Origin: a virus
IMG/VR virus record: IMGVR_UViG_3300028615_000137
Location: 32,001-96,000 of that record
Strand: one strand, 5' to 3'
DNA: 64,000 nucleotides
The notes beneath the pieces were generated by a model that made no database searches, had not been told where the DNA came from, and saw nothing but the letters and a program-made list of their open reading frames with translations. The position numbers and the translations under genes are program-made. Shown one piece after another: positions 10,549 to 21,209 of the stretch (position 1 is its first letter; each line of letters begins with the position of its first letter).

Positions 10549-11237
10549 TGGGTTATTCTGCTTTAGAAAGAACAAAGATTGCAGAAAAGTTTCTACAAAC
10601 AGGAACTTTTGATAGCGATCCTCGAACTCAAGGCTATGAGTCAACTAACTTAGCTGAATTATCATTATACGGTTCGAAAATTTGGCTCCAAGAAGAACTG
10701 CTTAGAAATAATCCAGCTCCCAACATTGCTACTGCCAACTCTCTTACCGCGTCTGGTGGAAACTTAGACGGGGTGGTAGCAAATTACACCGGGGCTGAAG
10801 CGAGAAAATTGACCGCTCTTCCCGGTATCGATTTCACGTGGGTTGTTCTAGACGACCCCGACAATCCAAATTTCCAAAATAGATTGAAAAATTGGATCCA
10901 ACCTACAATGATTCCACAATCGAATGGTCTGCCGTCGTTTGGATTTGCCACAAGATTGTACGACGGGGATCCAAATTCTGGTGGTACTGAAATTCTGACC
11001 AGTGATGGTCAAACTGGCATCGGGCTAAATGCTGCAAGCGCTTGGTTCTTTCAACCGGCTGGTGGTGTTCTTGGAATTTCAGACGATTTTTACAGTGAAA
11101 CTGGAATAGACTCAAATACTTTTGAGCCTTGGATTGAAGGATTTCAATACATTGGAAGAACTGCCCTAGATTCAATAACAACAGAAGATACCGCTATTGT
11201 GGTAGCATCGGGTATAGACCCAGATTTGGTGTGTTAA
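10548..11237 (+). CDS. Hypothetical virion protein
   Basis: 229-aa ORF, translationally coupled to the upstream gene. Confidence 0.55.
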   Translation: MGYSALERTKIAEKFLQTGTFDSDPRTQGYESTNLAELSLYGSKIWLQEELLRNNPAPNIATANSLTASGGNLDGVVANYTGAEARKLTALPGIDFTWVVLDDPDNPNFQNRLKNWIQPTMIPQSNGLPSFGFATRLYDGDPNSGGTEILTSDGQTGIGLNAASAWFFQPAGGVLGISDDFYSETGIDSNTFEPWIEGFQYIGRTALDSITTEDTAIVVASGIDPDLVC

Positions 11238-11238
11238 A

Positions 11239-12366
11239 ATGGCCAGTATTAGCAGATTGCAGACGTCTGATTGCGATAATCCAATTTTAGATGTTTTTAT
11301 TACGCAAAATGGGCAAAAAATAGACGTTTCTAGTCTCGAATTTCAGATTTTCGAGAATGTCTCAAATCCAGGTTCGCCAGTGCAGGTTTTCCCGGCTACT
11401 GCTGGCGCTCGAGAAGCTGTTGATTTAAACCTATGCCCCGTGGGGCAGAAGCTGTCTACCGGCCGTTACGTGGCCAACTGGACGGTTCCAGTGACCGAAT
11501 TAATAGGACCACACATAATTAAGTGGTTTTTCAAAGTCACCCCTGCGTCAAACGAGAATGTTTTTAGCGAAGAATTTGAAGTTCTTGCCGAAGGCGTGGG
11601 CGCAGGAGACATTGGTTATACCACGATTCAATGTCTCCGTGATGAAGGGGTATCTGAAAGTTTGTACAGTGATGATTTCCTTACTAGGCGAATAGCGCTG
11701 GTGACAGAACAGATCGAAATGTACACGGGTAGATTTTTTACCCCACGAACATTGACGTTTCGCGTCGATGGCAAAGACCATCCAGAAATCTTGCTATATC
11801 ATCCAATTATCGAAATTTCTGATGTAAAAATTATCCACGAAAATCCGTTCAATCCGAATTCCTCTTTGGTTAACTTGGATAATCTGGTTATTTACAACCG
11901 CCATTTGACCCAAGGATTGAGGCAACCAGACGACCGCAACAACCCAAGAATTTCATTTGAAACGAGTTTTCATTATCACCATTTTGTTAATGAACTCTAC
12001 GAACACGATTTTTACATTTCTCATTTTCCCAGAGGAAAACAAAACATCGAAATTACTGGAGTTTTTGGATATACAGACCCAGACGGCACCGCTTACGGCA
12101 AGACTCCAGAGCTAATAAAACACGTGGCAAATTTGATGGTCATACGGGAGCTAAATTCATTAGCTGATACAGGGGCTCGTGACGATGCAATTTGGTATCG
12201 ACGTCGTACCACAGAATTCCGCACGCGAGACCAGTCTGTAAAATATAGTCCGCTGAACGCCGGTGAGCTTGCAAGAAATATGCCATACACAGCTTTTACA
12301 GGCGATCCTGAGATAGACCGAATTTTGTTAAGATTTTCCAGACTACCAGCTTTCGGGGCTGCGTAA
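11239..12366 (+). CDS. Head-tail adaptor with N-terminal Ig-like domain
   Basis: GYTTIQCLRDEG...IEMYTGRFF...NIEITGVFGY...TPELIKHVA pattern of SPP1 gp15/gp6-like adaptors. Confidence 0.7.
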   Translation: MASISRLQTSDCDNPILDVFITQNGQKIDVSSLEFQIFENVSNPGSPVQVFPATAGAREAVDLNLCPVGQKLSTGRYVANWTVPVTELIGPHIIKWFFKVTPASNENVFSEEFEVLAEGVGAGDIGYTTIQCLRDEGVSESLYSDDFLTRRIALVTEQIEMYTGRFFTPRTLTFRVDGKDHPEILLYHPIIEISDVKIIHENPFNPNSSLVNLDNLVIYNRHLTQGLRQPDDRNNPRISFETSFHYHHFVNELYEHDFYISHFPRGKQNIEITGVFGYTDPDGTAYGKTPELIKHVANLMVIRELNSLADTGARDDAIWYRRRTTEFRTRDQSVKYSPLNAGELARNMPYTAFTGDPEIDRILLRFSRLPAFGAA

Positions 12367-12887
12367 TGAGCAGAGGAAAAATAATATTTCCTTTTGTCTT
12401 AACAATAGGACAATTAGATACCGAAGCTACAGCGGCAGACCCAGACGGAGCGGGTCCATTAACGTCTGGTTATGATGATATTTTCAGAGAGCCAGTGGCA
12501 GTTCCAACTCCTGGCGATCAAGATGGTGTAGTAGCAAGGGAAGAAAATGTTATAACCGTTCGGGGACAATTTGAGCCGGGTGATGTAGAAATTCAAAACA
12601 ATATGCTGTCCGGCAATTCGCCAGAAGGGCAATTAATAGCGTGGGTCCATTTTAGCGAATTGCAATTAAATGGATTATTGGATGATAACGGCCAAGCCAT
12701 GATTCGCAACAACGACCGTCTTATCCAAATTGATACCGTAGATGGTCTCTTCGTTCAAAGCTTTCCAGATCCTCCCGGTATGTATGCAATAACAGTTTCG
12801 CCGCGTGGTTGGGGTTTGGGTAATCCAGCCAGGAGAAACTTACTTAAAATAATCTTCGAACCACGTCTTCAATCTGTAAGAGGATAA
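12366..12887 (+). CDS. Putative head-closure (stopper) protein
   Basis: Position after adaptor; YDDIFREP motif; beta-rich. Confidence 0.55.
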   Translation: MSRGKIIFPFVLTIGQLDTEATAADPDGAGPLTSGYDDIFREPVAVPTPGDQDGVVAREENVITVRGQFEPGDVEIQNNMLSGNSPEGQLIAWVHFSELQLNGLLDDNGQAMIRNNDRLIQIDTVDGLFVQSFPDPPGMYAITVSPRGWGLGNPARRNLLKIIFEPRLQSVRG

Positions 12888-13484
12888 ATGAAAATCAAAC
12901 TTACAGGTCAATGGAAGAAAGCTCAAAAGATTCTCGATAAAGGAGCACAACGAGTCGAGTTGTCTAAACGAAAGATAATGGCTTCTGAAGCAAAATTTTA
13001 TGCGCAGAAAATTAAAGAAGGTTTAGAATCTCAAGCTCCTGGAAAAAAACCTATAAAACCTCCCGCGGAAAGTACTTTAATAAGCCGCGAATTTAAGGGC
13101 TTTAATTCGACCAAGTCTCTTATTGTAAGGCGCGATTTAGTAAATTCTATAACAGATATTGTTAAAGGCGATAAAGCCTTTGCAGGAATTCCCAAATCTG
13201 CCAGAGGTACTGACGGTCAGAACCTAGCTAAAATTGGAGAAATAAACGAAAAAGGTAAAAACGGAATTGTTATAGAAATAACTCCAAAAATGCGAAAACT
13301 ATTTGGTGCGATGTTTGCCGGTTCCGATAACGAAAGTCCTGGGAAGAAGAAGGTTATAATTGTAAATATTCCAGCTAGGCCGTTTATAACTCCGGTTCTA
13401 GAAACGTACGGCAAAGCTTCTGTTGCAATACCCAGAATAGCGAAGAAATTTTCATTCTTTACAGCTTTTATGTTTGGGAAATAA
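12888..13484 (+). CDS. Neck/virion morphogenesis protein (HK97 gp10-like)
   Basis: Basic protein with LVNSI...IGEINEKG...IPARPFITP signature. Confidence 0.7.
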   Translation: MKIKLTGQWKKAQKILDKGAQRVELSKRKIMASEAKFYAQKIKEGLESQAPGKKPIKPPAESTLISREFKGFNSTKSLIVRRDLVNSITDIVKGDKAFAGIPKSARGTDGQNLAKIGEINEKGKNGIVIEITPKMRKLFGAMFAGSDNESPGKKKVIIVNIPARPFITPVLETYGKASVAIPRIAKKFSFFTAFMFGK

Positions 13485-13485
13485 T

Positions 13486-14469
13486 ATGGCAATACCTACT
13501 ATTATAAATATTGTTCCGCCGGAAGCACCTACTTCTGGTAGAAAAATTATAGAAATTTACGGTTCTAATTTCAGACAGCTTAGTCCGTTAAATTCAAATT
13601 TCCCTCCATTTGAACCGGCCCCGCCTTCGGTAGAAGTATTGTTCGGCGACGAACCGGCAACGGAAGTACAAATAATTCGGTCTAATTTACTTCGGGTATT
13701 GCCTCCAATATCTCCTATACCTGCTACTGAGTCTTCTAATTATGGTTCGGGGACCGTTGATGTAACCGTAAGAAATATAGACGATTCAGGAATAGCGATA
13801 CCGGGCGAAGAAGTAATTTTGGCAGATGGATTCGAATACAAGCATCCTGGGTTGGATTCTGTTACCAGTAGTGAATTAGCAATGTTGGTTACGGCTCTGA
13901 TTAAAGACATGCGGAAGCAAATTATTCCGAATGTATTATTGGGCCAGCACACGGAATATGATTCAGATTCTACAGATTCATACAACATTACTGATGTGGG
14001 TAAACTCCCCGCAATTGTTCTGACCGGTCCAGAAATTCCAGAAAATCGGTTTTATTCATATAATTACAGCGAATCGGTGCCGGCAAGCGACAATAATACT
14101 TATGAAGTGCGCCATCCTTATACAGTTGATGTTAAATTTGGTGTAGTCGGAATTACGGACCTAAAACATGTCCTACTAAATCTCATGTCCCATTTCACCA
14201 CTTACATGCGCAGAAACAAATTTTTCAGGATGTTGCGCTGTCCCGACGATCCAAGTCAAGGGATTATTGAATATGAGCTAGATTTTGACGTAGACGGTGA
14301 CCTAAGAGCACGAACCCGAGCAAACAACAGTAATATCCAAAGTTTCGTGGGCTCAATAATTCTCAGAGGATTCAACGTAGAAGGCTTTGCCGGCTTTGAT
14401 CTAGACGAAGTTATCCAAATTAATAACGATATTGACATAATCGACATAACAATTAGTCAAACTTCCTAG
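13486..14469 (+). CDS. Tail terminator-like protein with N-terminal IPT/TIG domain
   Basis: PTIINIVPPEAPTSGRKIIEIYGSNF...VLFGD...GTVDVTVRN (IPT/TIG); C-terminal LPAIVLTGP terminator-like region. Confidence 0.65.
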   Translation: MAIPTIINIVPPEAPTSGRKIIEIYGSNFRQLSPLNSNFPPFEPAPPSVEVLFGDEPATEVQIIRSNLLRVLPPISPIPATESSNYGSGTVDVTVRNIDDSGIAIPGEEVILADGFEYKHPGLDSVTSSELAMLVTALIKDMRKQIIPNVLLGQHTEYDSDSTDSYNITDVGKLPAIVLTGPEIPENRFYSYNYSESVPASDNNTYEVRHPYTVDVKFGVVGITDLKHVLLNLMSHFTTYMRRNKFFRMLRCPDDPSQGIIEYELDFDVDGDLRARTRANNSNIQSFVGSIILRGFNVEGFAGFDLDEVIQINNDIDIIDITISQTS

Positions 14470-14521
14470 TTTTTTCAATTATATATATAATGAAATGTAA
14501 GTATAAAGGGGAAAATTCCTA

Positions 14522-14830
14522 ATGGCCGAAATGGTAGAATTAAAAAATATTGCAAAACCCCGGCGGATGTTAGTGCTAAATTTGGACAAAAATATAGCAA
14601 ATATTCCCGTAAAAACTACGGTAGTTGTAGAAAATAAACAAGGAGAACGTAGACAAAAGCGGGTGAGTGCATTGGTTCCGGATTCGTTACGCATTCCGTC
14701 TGGCCATACCATAAAAGTTTCTAAAAAAATTAGCGAGTGTACTGCGATACAGAAAGCACTAACTCGCAGAGAATTAACCCTTAAGTCCGTTAAAAGTGAA
14801 ACAACAAAGCGGACTCGTAATAAAAGGTAA
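14522..14830 (+). CDS. Small basic hypothetical protein preceding sheath
   Basis: 102 aa with AAGGGG RBS. Confidence 0.6.
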   Translation: MAEMVELKNIAKPRRMLVLNLDKNIANIPVKTTVVVENKQGERRQKRVSALVPDSLRIPSGHTIKVSKKISECTAIQKALTRRELTLKSVKSETTKRTRNKR

Positions 14831-14836
14831 TCAGAA

Positions 14837-17059
14837 ATGAGTCAAGAATTACTCAGTAGTAAAGTTGTCGTGGTTGAAGAACAGCCGCGAGTGCGCTCGA
14901 TTCAGGGCGTGCAAACATCTATCGCCGCATTCGTTGGCGTGACCGAAAGGGGTCCGCTTGGTGAAGCCACGCTACTCACTTCGTTTGACGAATATCGCGC
15001 TGTCTTCGGCGGTTATACCACTGATAGCGACGTTGCAACGGCAGTAAGCAGTTTTTTCGAAGAAGGCGGAAATTTCTGTTACGTAATCCGTACAGTGCAC
15101 TACACCGATCCTTCGAATCCGAATTCCAAAACTTCTGTCAAAGCAGGTACTACACTCCAAACGGCTGCCGCTGGTGCCACAGCCGGTGTTGTTCTTGGCA
15201 CGAACACAGAGCCTTTCAACTTCGAAGGCAACAATCAACTAGATATTGATGTCGACGGCGCTGGTACTGAAAACGTCGTTTTCACCGCCACCAGTGCAAG
15301 TCGTACGAGTGGAAACGCAGAAACTTTTGCTCTATCTAACGGCGAAACTCTTACTGTTGATATCGACGGTACAGGTGTTCAGACAGTCGAATTCCTCACA
15401 GGCGAATTCGTTGATATAAGCAACGCCACTGCACAAGAAGTTGCCAACGTAATCAATGCCAAGCTCACGGGAGCATATTCGCTAGATTCGGGCGGTAACG
15501 TGGTTATCGCTTCTGATACTTTGGGCACAGACTCCAGTGTCGATGTTACTGGCGGTTCGGCAAACGCAGCGCTCGGGTTTACTACCGGTATAATCAGCGG
15601 TACGGGCGATGTTGGTGATATCACGGCAGTTACGGTCGCCGAAATCAAGGCGCACGTTGAAGCGGGGGTTAGTGGTTCCAGTGGCGTAACAGTTACAGAC
15701 GTTGGCGGAGCAGTTCAAATTGCTTCGAATACGACGGGTCCTAGTAGCACGATTCAAGTACTGGCTTCTTCGAGCGCTGACACCATTCTGGGTATAGACA
15801 ACGCTGTGCATTCCGGCACTTCTGGCACTCCCGTCGATACACTCGATGTAGACGGCAAAACTGACGGTGCTTATGCTAACAGCTTGAGCGTTGAGGTTAC
15901 GGCAGCCACTTCGGGCGTCTCAACCGAGTTCAATCTTTATGTCCTTGAAGACGGCGTGATTGTCGAAAATTTCCCCAATCTTACCATGGTGGATGGAGAA
16001 GCTCGTTATGTCGAGAGCATCGTCAATGCAGACAGCAATCTTATAGAAGTTACCGACTTGGATGCAGGAGTCGCTAATCAGCGCCCCGCCAATGCCACTA
16101 CGCCGCTTACTGGTGGTGATGATGGTCTTGTTGGTCTTACCGATGCCGATTTCATTGGAGATTCTACGGGCGAGACTGGTATCAAGGCACTGGATAACGT
16201 TCAGAACGTTAACATTCTCTGTGTTCCTGGGCAGTCAACGGCTGCTATTTACACTGCGATGATCAACTATTGCGAAACTACTCGTGATATGAGCATGTTT
16301 CCAATCCTCGATCCTCCTGCTGACCAAAGCTATAGCGAGATTGTTACATTCTTCAATAGTGCAGGTTTGGCAGGTCTTAGTGAATTTGGCGCATTTTACT
16401 GGCCGCGAGTTAAGGTTGTAAATCCTGCTCCTGCTGTTTTTGGCGATGTTGCTAACATTAATGTCAATCCCTCAGGTCTGTTGGCTGGTCTTTACGCAAG
16501 AGTTGATGGTTCGCGCCCTGGTGGCGTTTACATTCCTCCCGCTGGAATCGAAAATGGGCAACTTCGTAGTGCGGTTGGTCTAGAGACTGATGATGTTTTG
16601 GACGAAGCCAAGCGCGATTTTGTTGCTCCGAATCGAATCAACATCATTACAACTTATCCTGGTGCTCCAATTTTCGTTGATGGCAGCTATGTGCTAAAGG
16701 GAAATGGTAATTTCCCGTTCATTTCACAGCGCAGAGGTGCAATCTTCATTGAGCAGTCGATTAAGCAGGGCATCGAATTTGCTCGTCACCAAAACAATAA
16801 TGCCAAACTTCGCCGAGAAGTTGAGCGGACTGTTCGCGGATTCTTGCTTGTTCAAATGAACAACGGAGCCTTTTCGACGACAGATCCGAGCACAGCATTC
16901 TTCGTCGCATTCAACGATGCGCTTAATCCACCTTCGGAAGTTTCTGCTGGTCGACTCAACGGTCGGGTTGGCTTGGCTTTCAACACACCGGCTGTTTGGA
17001 TTATTGTCCGGTTTAGCAAAGATACTAGGGCTCTTGAAGCGGAACTTCAACAGAGCTAA
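14837..17059 (+). CDS. Contractile tail sheath protein
   Basis: N-terminal AFVGVTERGP..FDEYRAVFG; LTGGDDG; YWPRVKV; PSG..AG.YAR.D; C-terminal F.HQNNNAKLR..V..FL. Confidence 0.95.
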   Translation: MSQELLSSKVVVVEEQPRVRSIQGVQTSIAAFVGVTERGPLGEATLLTSFDEYRAVFGGYTTDSDVATAVSSFFEEGGNFCYVIRTVHYTDPSNPNSKTSVKAGTTLQTAAAGATAGVVLGTNTEPFNFEGNNQLDIDVDGAGTENVVFTATSASRTSGNAETFALSNGETLTVDIDGTGVQTVEFLTGEFVDISNATAQEVANVINAKLTGAYSLDSGGNVVIASDTLGTDSSVDVTGGSANAALGFTTGIISGTGDVGDITAVTVAEIKAHVEAGVSGSSGVTVTDVGGAVQIASNTTGPSSTIQVLASSSADTILGIDNAVHSGTSGTPVDTLDVDGKTDGAYANSLSVEVTAATSGVSTEFNLYVLEDGVIVENFPNLTMVDGEARYVESIVNADSNLIEVTDLDAGVANQRPANATTPLTGGDDGLVGLTDADFIGDSTGETGIKALDNVQNVNILCVPGQSTAAIYTAMINYCETTRDMSMFPILDPPADQSYSEIVTFFNSAGLAGLSEFGAFYWPRVKVVNPAPAVFGDVANINVNPSGLLAGLYARVDGSRPGGVYIPPAGIENGQLRSAVGLETDDVLDEAKRDFVAPNRINIITTYPGAPIFVDGSYVLKGNGNFPFISQRRGAIFIEQSIKQGIEFARHQNNNAKLRREVERTVRGFLLVQMNNGAFSTTDPSTAFFVAFNDALNPPSEVSAGRLNGRVGLAFNTPAVWIIVRFSKDTRALEAELQQS

Positions 17060-17082
17060 ATTTTTAGGAGAATTAATATAAA

Positions 17083-17550
17083 ATGGCTGTTGTTGGTACT
17101 CCCAGAGTTTTTCACAAGAAATTTTCCTTCGTCGTAGAGATTGAAGGGGTGGCTGTTGCTGCATTCAACAAATGTTCATCGCTCGAAGCGGAAATTGCTA
17201 AGGTGGAATATTATGAAGGTGGCGCGGTTATTCCCGATAAGTCGCCTGGACGAATTACTATCAGCGATATTACGCTAGAGCGCGGTACTGCCAAAGGCGA
17301 TTCCGATCTTTATAATTGGTGGCTCGATGTTATCAACATGAGCGCCAACCAAGGCTTGATTGATAACTTCTACAAGCGTGAAGTTGAAATTTTGCAGCTG
17401 GATCGAGATGGCGATGTTCTTCATCGTTGGCTTTTGCACAACTGTTGGCCTACCAAGTTTGTTGGCGGCGAATGGGACAACGATGCCGACGAGAACGTTA
17501 TCGAAATGCTGACTCTTACTATGGATACATTTGATAAGGCTAACGCTTAA
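17083..17550 (+). CDS. Tail tube protein (T4 gp19/Afp1-like)
   Basis: F.VEIEG...F..CS.LEAE...YYEGG...PGR....ITLERG...W.L..CWPTKF...IE.LTL. Confidence 0.93.
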   Translation: MAVVGTPRVFHKKFSFVVEIEGVAVAAFNKCSSLEAEIAKVEYYEGGAVIPDKSPGRITISDITLERGTAKGDSDLYNWWLDVINMSANQGLIDNFYKREVEILQLDRDGDVLHRWLLHNCWPTKFVGGEWDNDADENVIEMLTLTMDTFDKANA

Positions 17551-17579
17551 TTTTTTTAGACAAATAAAGGGGATTGTCA

Positions 17580-18341
17580 ATGTTAGTTCATTGTCCTAGT
17601 GGTCTGAAAGGCCATATTAGAAAACTGAAGGGTTCAGAAGCCAATATTCTAGCAGACCGAAAGGCTGCTAGAAAAGGCGATACATACAATCAGATTCTTT
17701 CCGCCTGTTGGGAATCTATAGAAGATCCGGGTCCCTACGATTTTACTGACAAAGTAAACTGGGATAAGGTGCTGGTTTGCGATCGTTTTTATATTCTTAC
17801 ACGAATTAGGATTCATACCTTTGGTTCCGAATACGATTTCAAACTAAAGTGTCCGGCATGCGACAAAAAGTTTGATTACGAAATTGATTTAGAAAATGAT
17901 CTGGATGTATATGCATTGCCAGACGAATCTAAAAATAAGATCAAAGAAGGCGAAAACTGCTTCGAAACAGAACTTGGCGATAAAAAACTCTGCTTTTCTC
18001 TAGCTACAGGAGCTACTGAAAAGAAAGCTTCAAAAATTCTAGAAAAAAAGACAGACGAAATTATCACGCAAAGCTTGGCAACTCGGATTCTATCGATTGA
18101 AGACGTCGAAAAGCGAGATATTCCAAACTTCCTAAAAAGCGTTGATCTTGATGAACAACTTGGCTTGATCGAGGAAATGGATAACTTCGACGGCGGTATC
18201 GAGACTACCATTGAAGTAGCTTGTGCACATTGCGACGAAGAATTCGAACTACAACTCCCTTTCGAGGGGGAGGGTTTTTGGCTTCCACGCAAATCCAGCA
18301 AGAAGAAGTCCAGGAACTCTCGGAAACTCCATCGCGGGTAA
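17580..18341 (+). CDS. Tail assembly chaperone / T4 gp26-like baseplate hub assembly protein
   Basis: Between tube and tape measure; DR.YIL.RIR..TFG..Y.F...CPAC and CAHC Zn motifs. Confidence 0.75.
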   Translation: MLVHCPSGLKGHIRKLKGSEANILADRKAARKGDTYNQILSACWESIEDPGPYDFTDKVNWDKVLVCDRFYILTRIRIHTFGSEYDFKLKCPACDKKFDYEIDLENDLDVYALPDESKNKIKEGENCFETELGDKKLCFSLATGATEKKASKILEKKTDEIITQSLATRILSIEDVEKRDIPNFLKSVDLDEQLGLIEEMDNFDGGIETTIEVACAHCDEEFELQLPFEGEGFWLPRKSSKKKSRNSRKLHRG

Positions 18342-18553
18342 ACTCGCTTGGTAACATATTCCCAATTTTTGATAAAAATTGGATTTTAAATGCCACCGCA
18401 GAATTATGTTATAATTTAAATGGTGGTAGTGGTTTCTCATTTAGTCGCCTTGACGTCTTAGATATGTCCATAGGGGAAATTGAATTTTTCCTCGAATGGT
18501 TAGACGAAAGGCGCAGAGCAGAAGCCGCGGCCATAAAATCATCCAATAAATGA
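18272..18553 (+). CDS. -1 frameshift extension of tail assembly chaperone
   Basis: G GGT TTT heptamer at 18272-18278 is in frame with 17580 ORF; the -1 frame is open to 18553. Confidence 0.75.
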   Translation, partial: GFLASTQIQQEEVQELSETPSRVNSLGNIFPIFDKNWILNATAELCYNLNGGSGFSFSRLDVLDMSIGEIEFFLEWLDERRRAEAAAIKSSNK

Positions 18554-18562
18554 GGCGATATA

Positions 18563-21208
18563 ATGGCATTAAATAACTTAGGTTTAGGTCTAGTATTTAC
18601 TGCTAAAAATTTCGCTTCTCCTGTTATTTTAAAAATTAACAGAGATTTAAGCTTTCTTGAGAAACGAGCCAATAAAAGTGGTTCAAAAATAAGCAAAGCA
18701 TTTCAAGGCATCGGAACTGCTGCACTCGGTGCTTCTGCCGCTTTAGGAGTAGGCGGATTGTTGGGAACCTTTGGTTCTCTCGAAGCTGCTAAAGTTGGTG
18801 GCCGCTTTGCTCAAGGCTTGGCAAAATTGGGCAATATTTCCATGGCAACAGCGGGGCAGTTAGATGCCATGGGCGAAAAGGCGTTTGAAACTGCTATTAA
18901 AACTCAATTCTCTCCCGATCAAGCCATTGAAGGCATGACCGAACTAGCACAACAAGGGTTTGCTGCTAGAGAGGCGATGGAAGCTTTAAATCCGGTAATG
19001 GATTTGGCAGCCGGTGGCCAATTGAGCGTAGCGCAATCTTCGGCCACCGTTGGTGCTGCCCTAAACGCCTTCAGCCTATCCGCCGAACATTCTACAGAAG
19101 TAACAGATAAAATGTTCCGCATTACCCAGCTAACGGCTTTAAAAGCCGATGAATTAGAAGGTGTAATGGGTAAATTGGGCAGAACTGTAGGTATTACTGG
19201 GCAGTCTATAGACAATGCGCTGATTTCCGTAGGGTTTATACGTTCTACTGGTGTTCAGGCAACTGAAGCTGCAAACGCCGTGAGCAGAGCTTTGATCGAA
19301 GTCTCTAAAAAGGCTGATGATTTTCGAGCATTGGGCATTGAAGTAACTGATGTTAATGGAAAGTTTAGGGCCTTACCAGCTATTTTGCTAGACATGAAAA
19401 AGGGCTTAGCCGGAAGCAGAGACGAAGCCGAGCGAGCTAAGAAAGCATATGCTCTGTTGGGCAGATTTGGCGTTTCTGCCTTTGCAGCGCTAGAATCGAG
19501 ACTTAAAAAAGGCATAGTCGATCGTAAAACTGGCAAGACCTTATACGGCATTGATGCACTAGAATTGATGCAAAGGCAAATGGCCGATGCTTCCGGCACA
19601 GCTAAAAAGTTCAGAGACGATTTTCTAAATACATTCACCGGGCAAGGTGTATTACTTAGAGGCGCCGCGCAAGGTATAGCAGTGGCAGTAGGCGAACCTT
19701 TCGCCAAAATTTTAAAACCTTTGGTCGGCGGTTTGGTAGACGTATTTTCATTCTTGGCTAAAAATATTAGAGCGCTGCCTTCACCTCTAAAGAAAATTAT
19801 TGCTGCGTTCATTGCATTTACTTCTGTAACAATGTTACTAGTAGCAGCTTTAGGAATTTTGACAGTGGCCATTGGCGCCTTGATGGCTTTTGCAGCGCCA
19901 ATCCTTCTTTTCTTTGCCAAGGCTGCGATACTACTTGCTCCACTTACTCTTTTAGTAACTGGTCTAGGATTAGGAATATTCACTTTAGCTTCTGCTTTGA
20001 ATAGAGGAGCAGCCAGCAATAAATTATTAGAAAAACTAAGAATGGTTAGACTTGTATTTTCAGGTTTAATTGATCTATTTTCTGGTAAACGTTTTAGCGA
20101 AGAAGTTTCGGCCGAGTTCAAAAAAGCAGATAGTCCAGTTGCCAAATGGATAACAATATTGGGGCGTGCTGGATTTAAAATAGCTTCTTTCGTTATAGGA
20201 GTTAAAGAAGGGTTTGAAGCTGTATTAGACACGATGGGGCCAACAATAGATGCATTGGTCGAGTCTCTGAGTGGTCTTTTCAAAGAAATTTTCGCTATAG
20301 ATATTTCTAATATATTCGATGAAGAGGGAAGTGCTAGAGAAACTGGTCGTTCTATAGGTTTATTTATCGGCGACTTGGGTAAAAAGATTGTTCAAACTTT
20401 CACAGATGCGACCAATTGGTTCAAAAATTTCGTAAAATCTTTTAAGAAGTTTTATAAGTCTGACTTAGAGCCGATCATAGAAATATTTAAAGAATCTATG
20501 TCTTCCTTAGCTGACCATTTCGGCTCTGCAAATAAGAAGCAGAAAGGTTTTGTAATAGCTGCAAAAGCTATCATATCCGTCGTAAAAGCTGTGATGATTG
20601 TTTTCATCGCCTTTATCAAAATCCTAGACACTGCTCTAACACTCATTAAAGAAATTGCAGGGTTCATTAAATCTGTTACTCCAGGTCAAGGTTTAAGAAA
20701 CCAACGAAAATTGGATAGCTCTTTCGCCCCGTATGGGCGTAAGCGCACAAGAGGATTAGATGCTTTAGATAGGTCTTTACGAGAAAGCGATCCAGACTTT
20801 AAAAATAAAGCTGCTGCGTTGGCGACTAAAGCAGAAGAAAGATTTTCTTTTTCTGACCCAACGTTGCTGAAAGAAATACTACGTAGACAAGAATTTAACA
20901 GCGGAACAGACGGCGTTGGAGAACAAGCTAAAATTGGACTACAAGTTTTAGAATTTGGAAGGTTAGATTTAGCGAGTCAGATAGCAAAAGCCAATCAAGA
21001 TAAATCTTCCGTAGACTTATCTTCTATTAAAGAAAACTTGGTAGATAGCATAGTTTCTGCTGTTAGAAGTGGTATGTCTGGTGTCCAGCTAAAATCTTCC
21101 ATAAACGTCGATGGTCAATCTATCGCCAATGTCACATCTAGTGTCAACCAAAGTAATGCAGAATACTCTCACAATAACAGCAATATTGTGCACACGGAAT
21201 TAGAATAA
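18563..21208 (+). CDS. Tail tape measure protein (TP901-type)
   Basis: 881 aa, helical and Ala-rich; TQFSPDQAIEGMTELAQQG...LAAGG core; hydrophobic segments. Confidence 0.9.
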   Translation: MALNNLGLGLVFTAKNFASPVILKINRDLSFLEKRANKSGSKISKAFQGIGTAALGASAALGVGGLLGTFGSLEAAKVGGRFAQGLAKLGNISMATAGQLDAMGEKAFETAIKTQFSPDQAIEGMTELAQQGFAAREAMEALNPVMDLAAGGQLSVAQSSATVGAALNAFSLSAEHSTEVTDKMFRITQLTALKADELEGVMGKLGRTVGITGQSIDNALISVGFIRSTGVQATEAANAVSRALIEVSKKADDFRALGIEVTDVNGKFRALPAILLDMKKGLAGSRDEAERAKKAYALLGRFGVSAFAALESRLKKGIVDRKTGKTLYGIDALELMQRQMADASGTAKKFRDDFLNTFTGQGVLLRGAAQGIAVAVGEPFAKILKPLVGGLVDVFSFLAKNIRALPSPLKKIIAAFIAFTSVTMLLVAALGILTVAIGALMAFAAPILLFFAKAAILLAPLTLLVTGLGLGIFTLASALNRGAASNKLLEKLRMVRLVFSGLIDLFSGKRFSEEVSAEFKKADSPVAKWITILGRAGFKIASFVIGVKEGFEAVLDTMGPTIDALVESLSGLFKEIFAIDISNIFDEEGSARETGRSIGLFIGDLGKKIVQTFTDATNWFKNFVKSFKKFYKSDLEPIIEIFKESMSSLADHFGSANKKQKGFVIAAKAIISVVKAVMIVFIAFIKILDTALTLIKEIAGFIKSVTPGQGLRNQRKLDSSFAPYGRKRTRGLDALDRSLRESDPDFKNKAAALATKAEERFSFSDPTLLKEILRRQEFNSGTDGVGEQAKIGLQVLEFGRLDLASQIAKANQDKSSVDLSSIKENLVDSIVSAVRSGMSGVQLKSSINVDGQSIANVTSSVNQSNAEYSHNNSNIVHTELE

Positions 21209-21209
21209 T

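Noticed and set aside
19255-20283. 342-aa minus-strand ORF
   Set aside because: Antisense shadow of the tape measure gene with no recognisable motifs. The other minus-strand ORFs in the track are likewise shadows.
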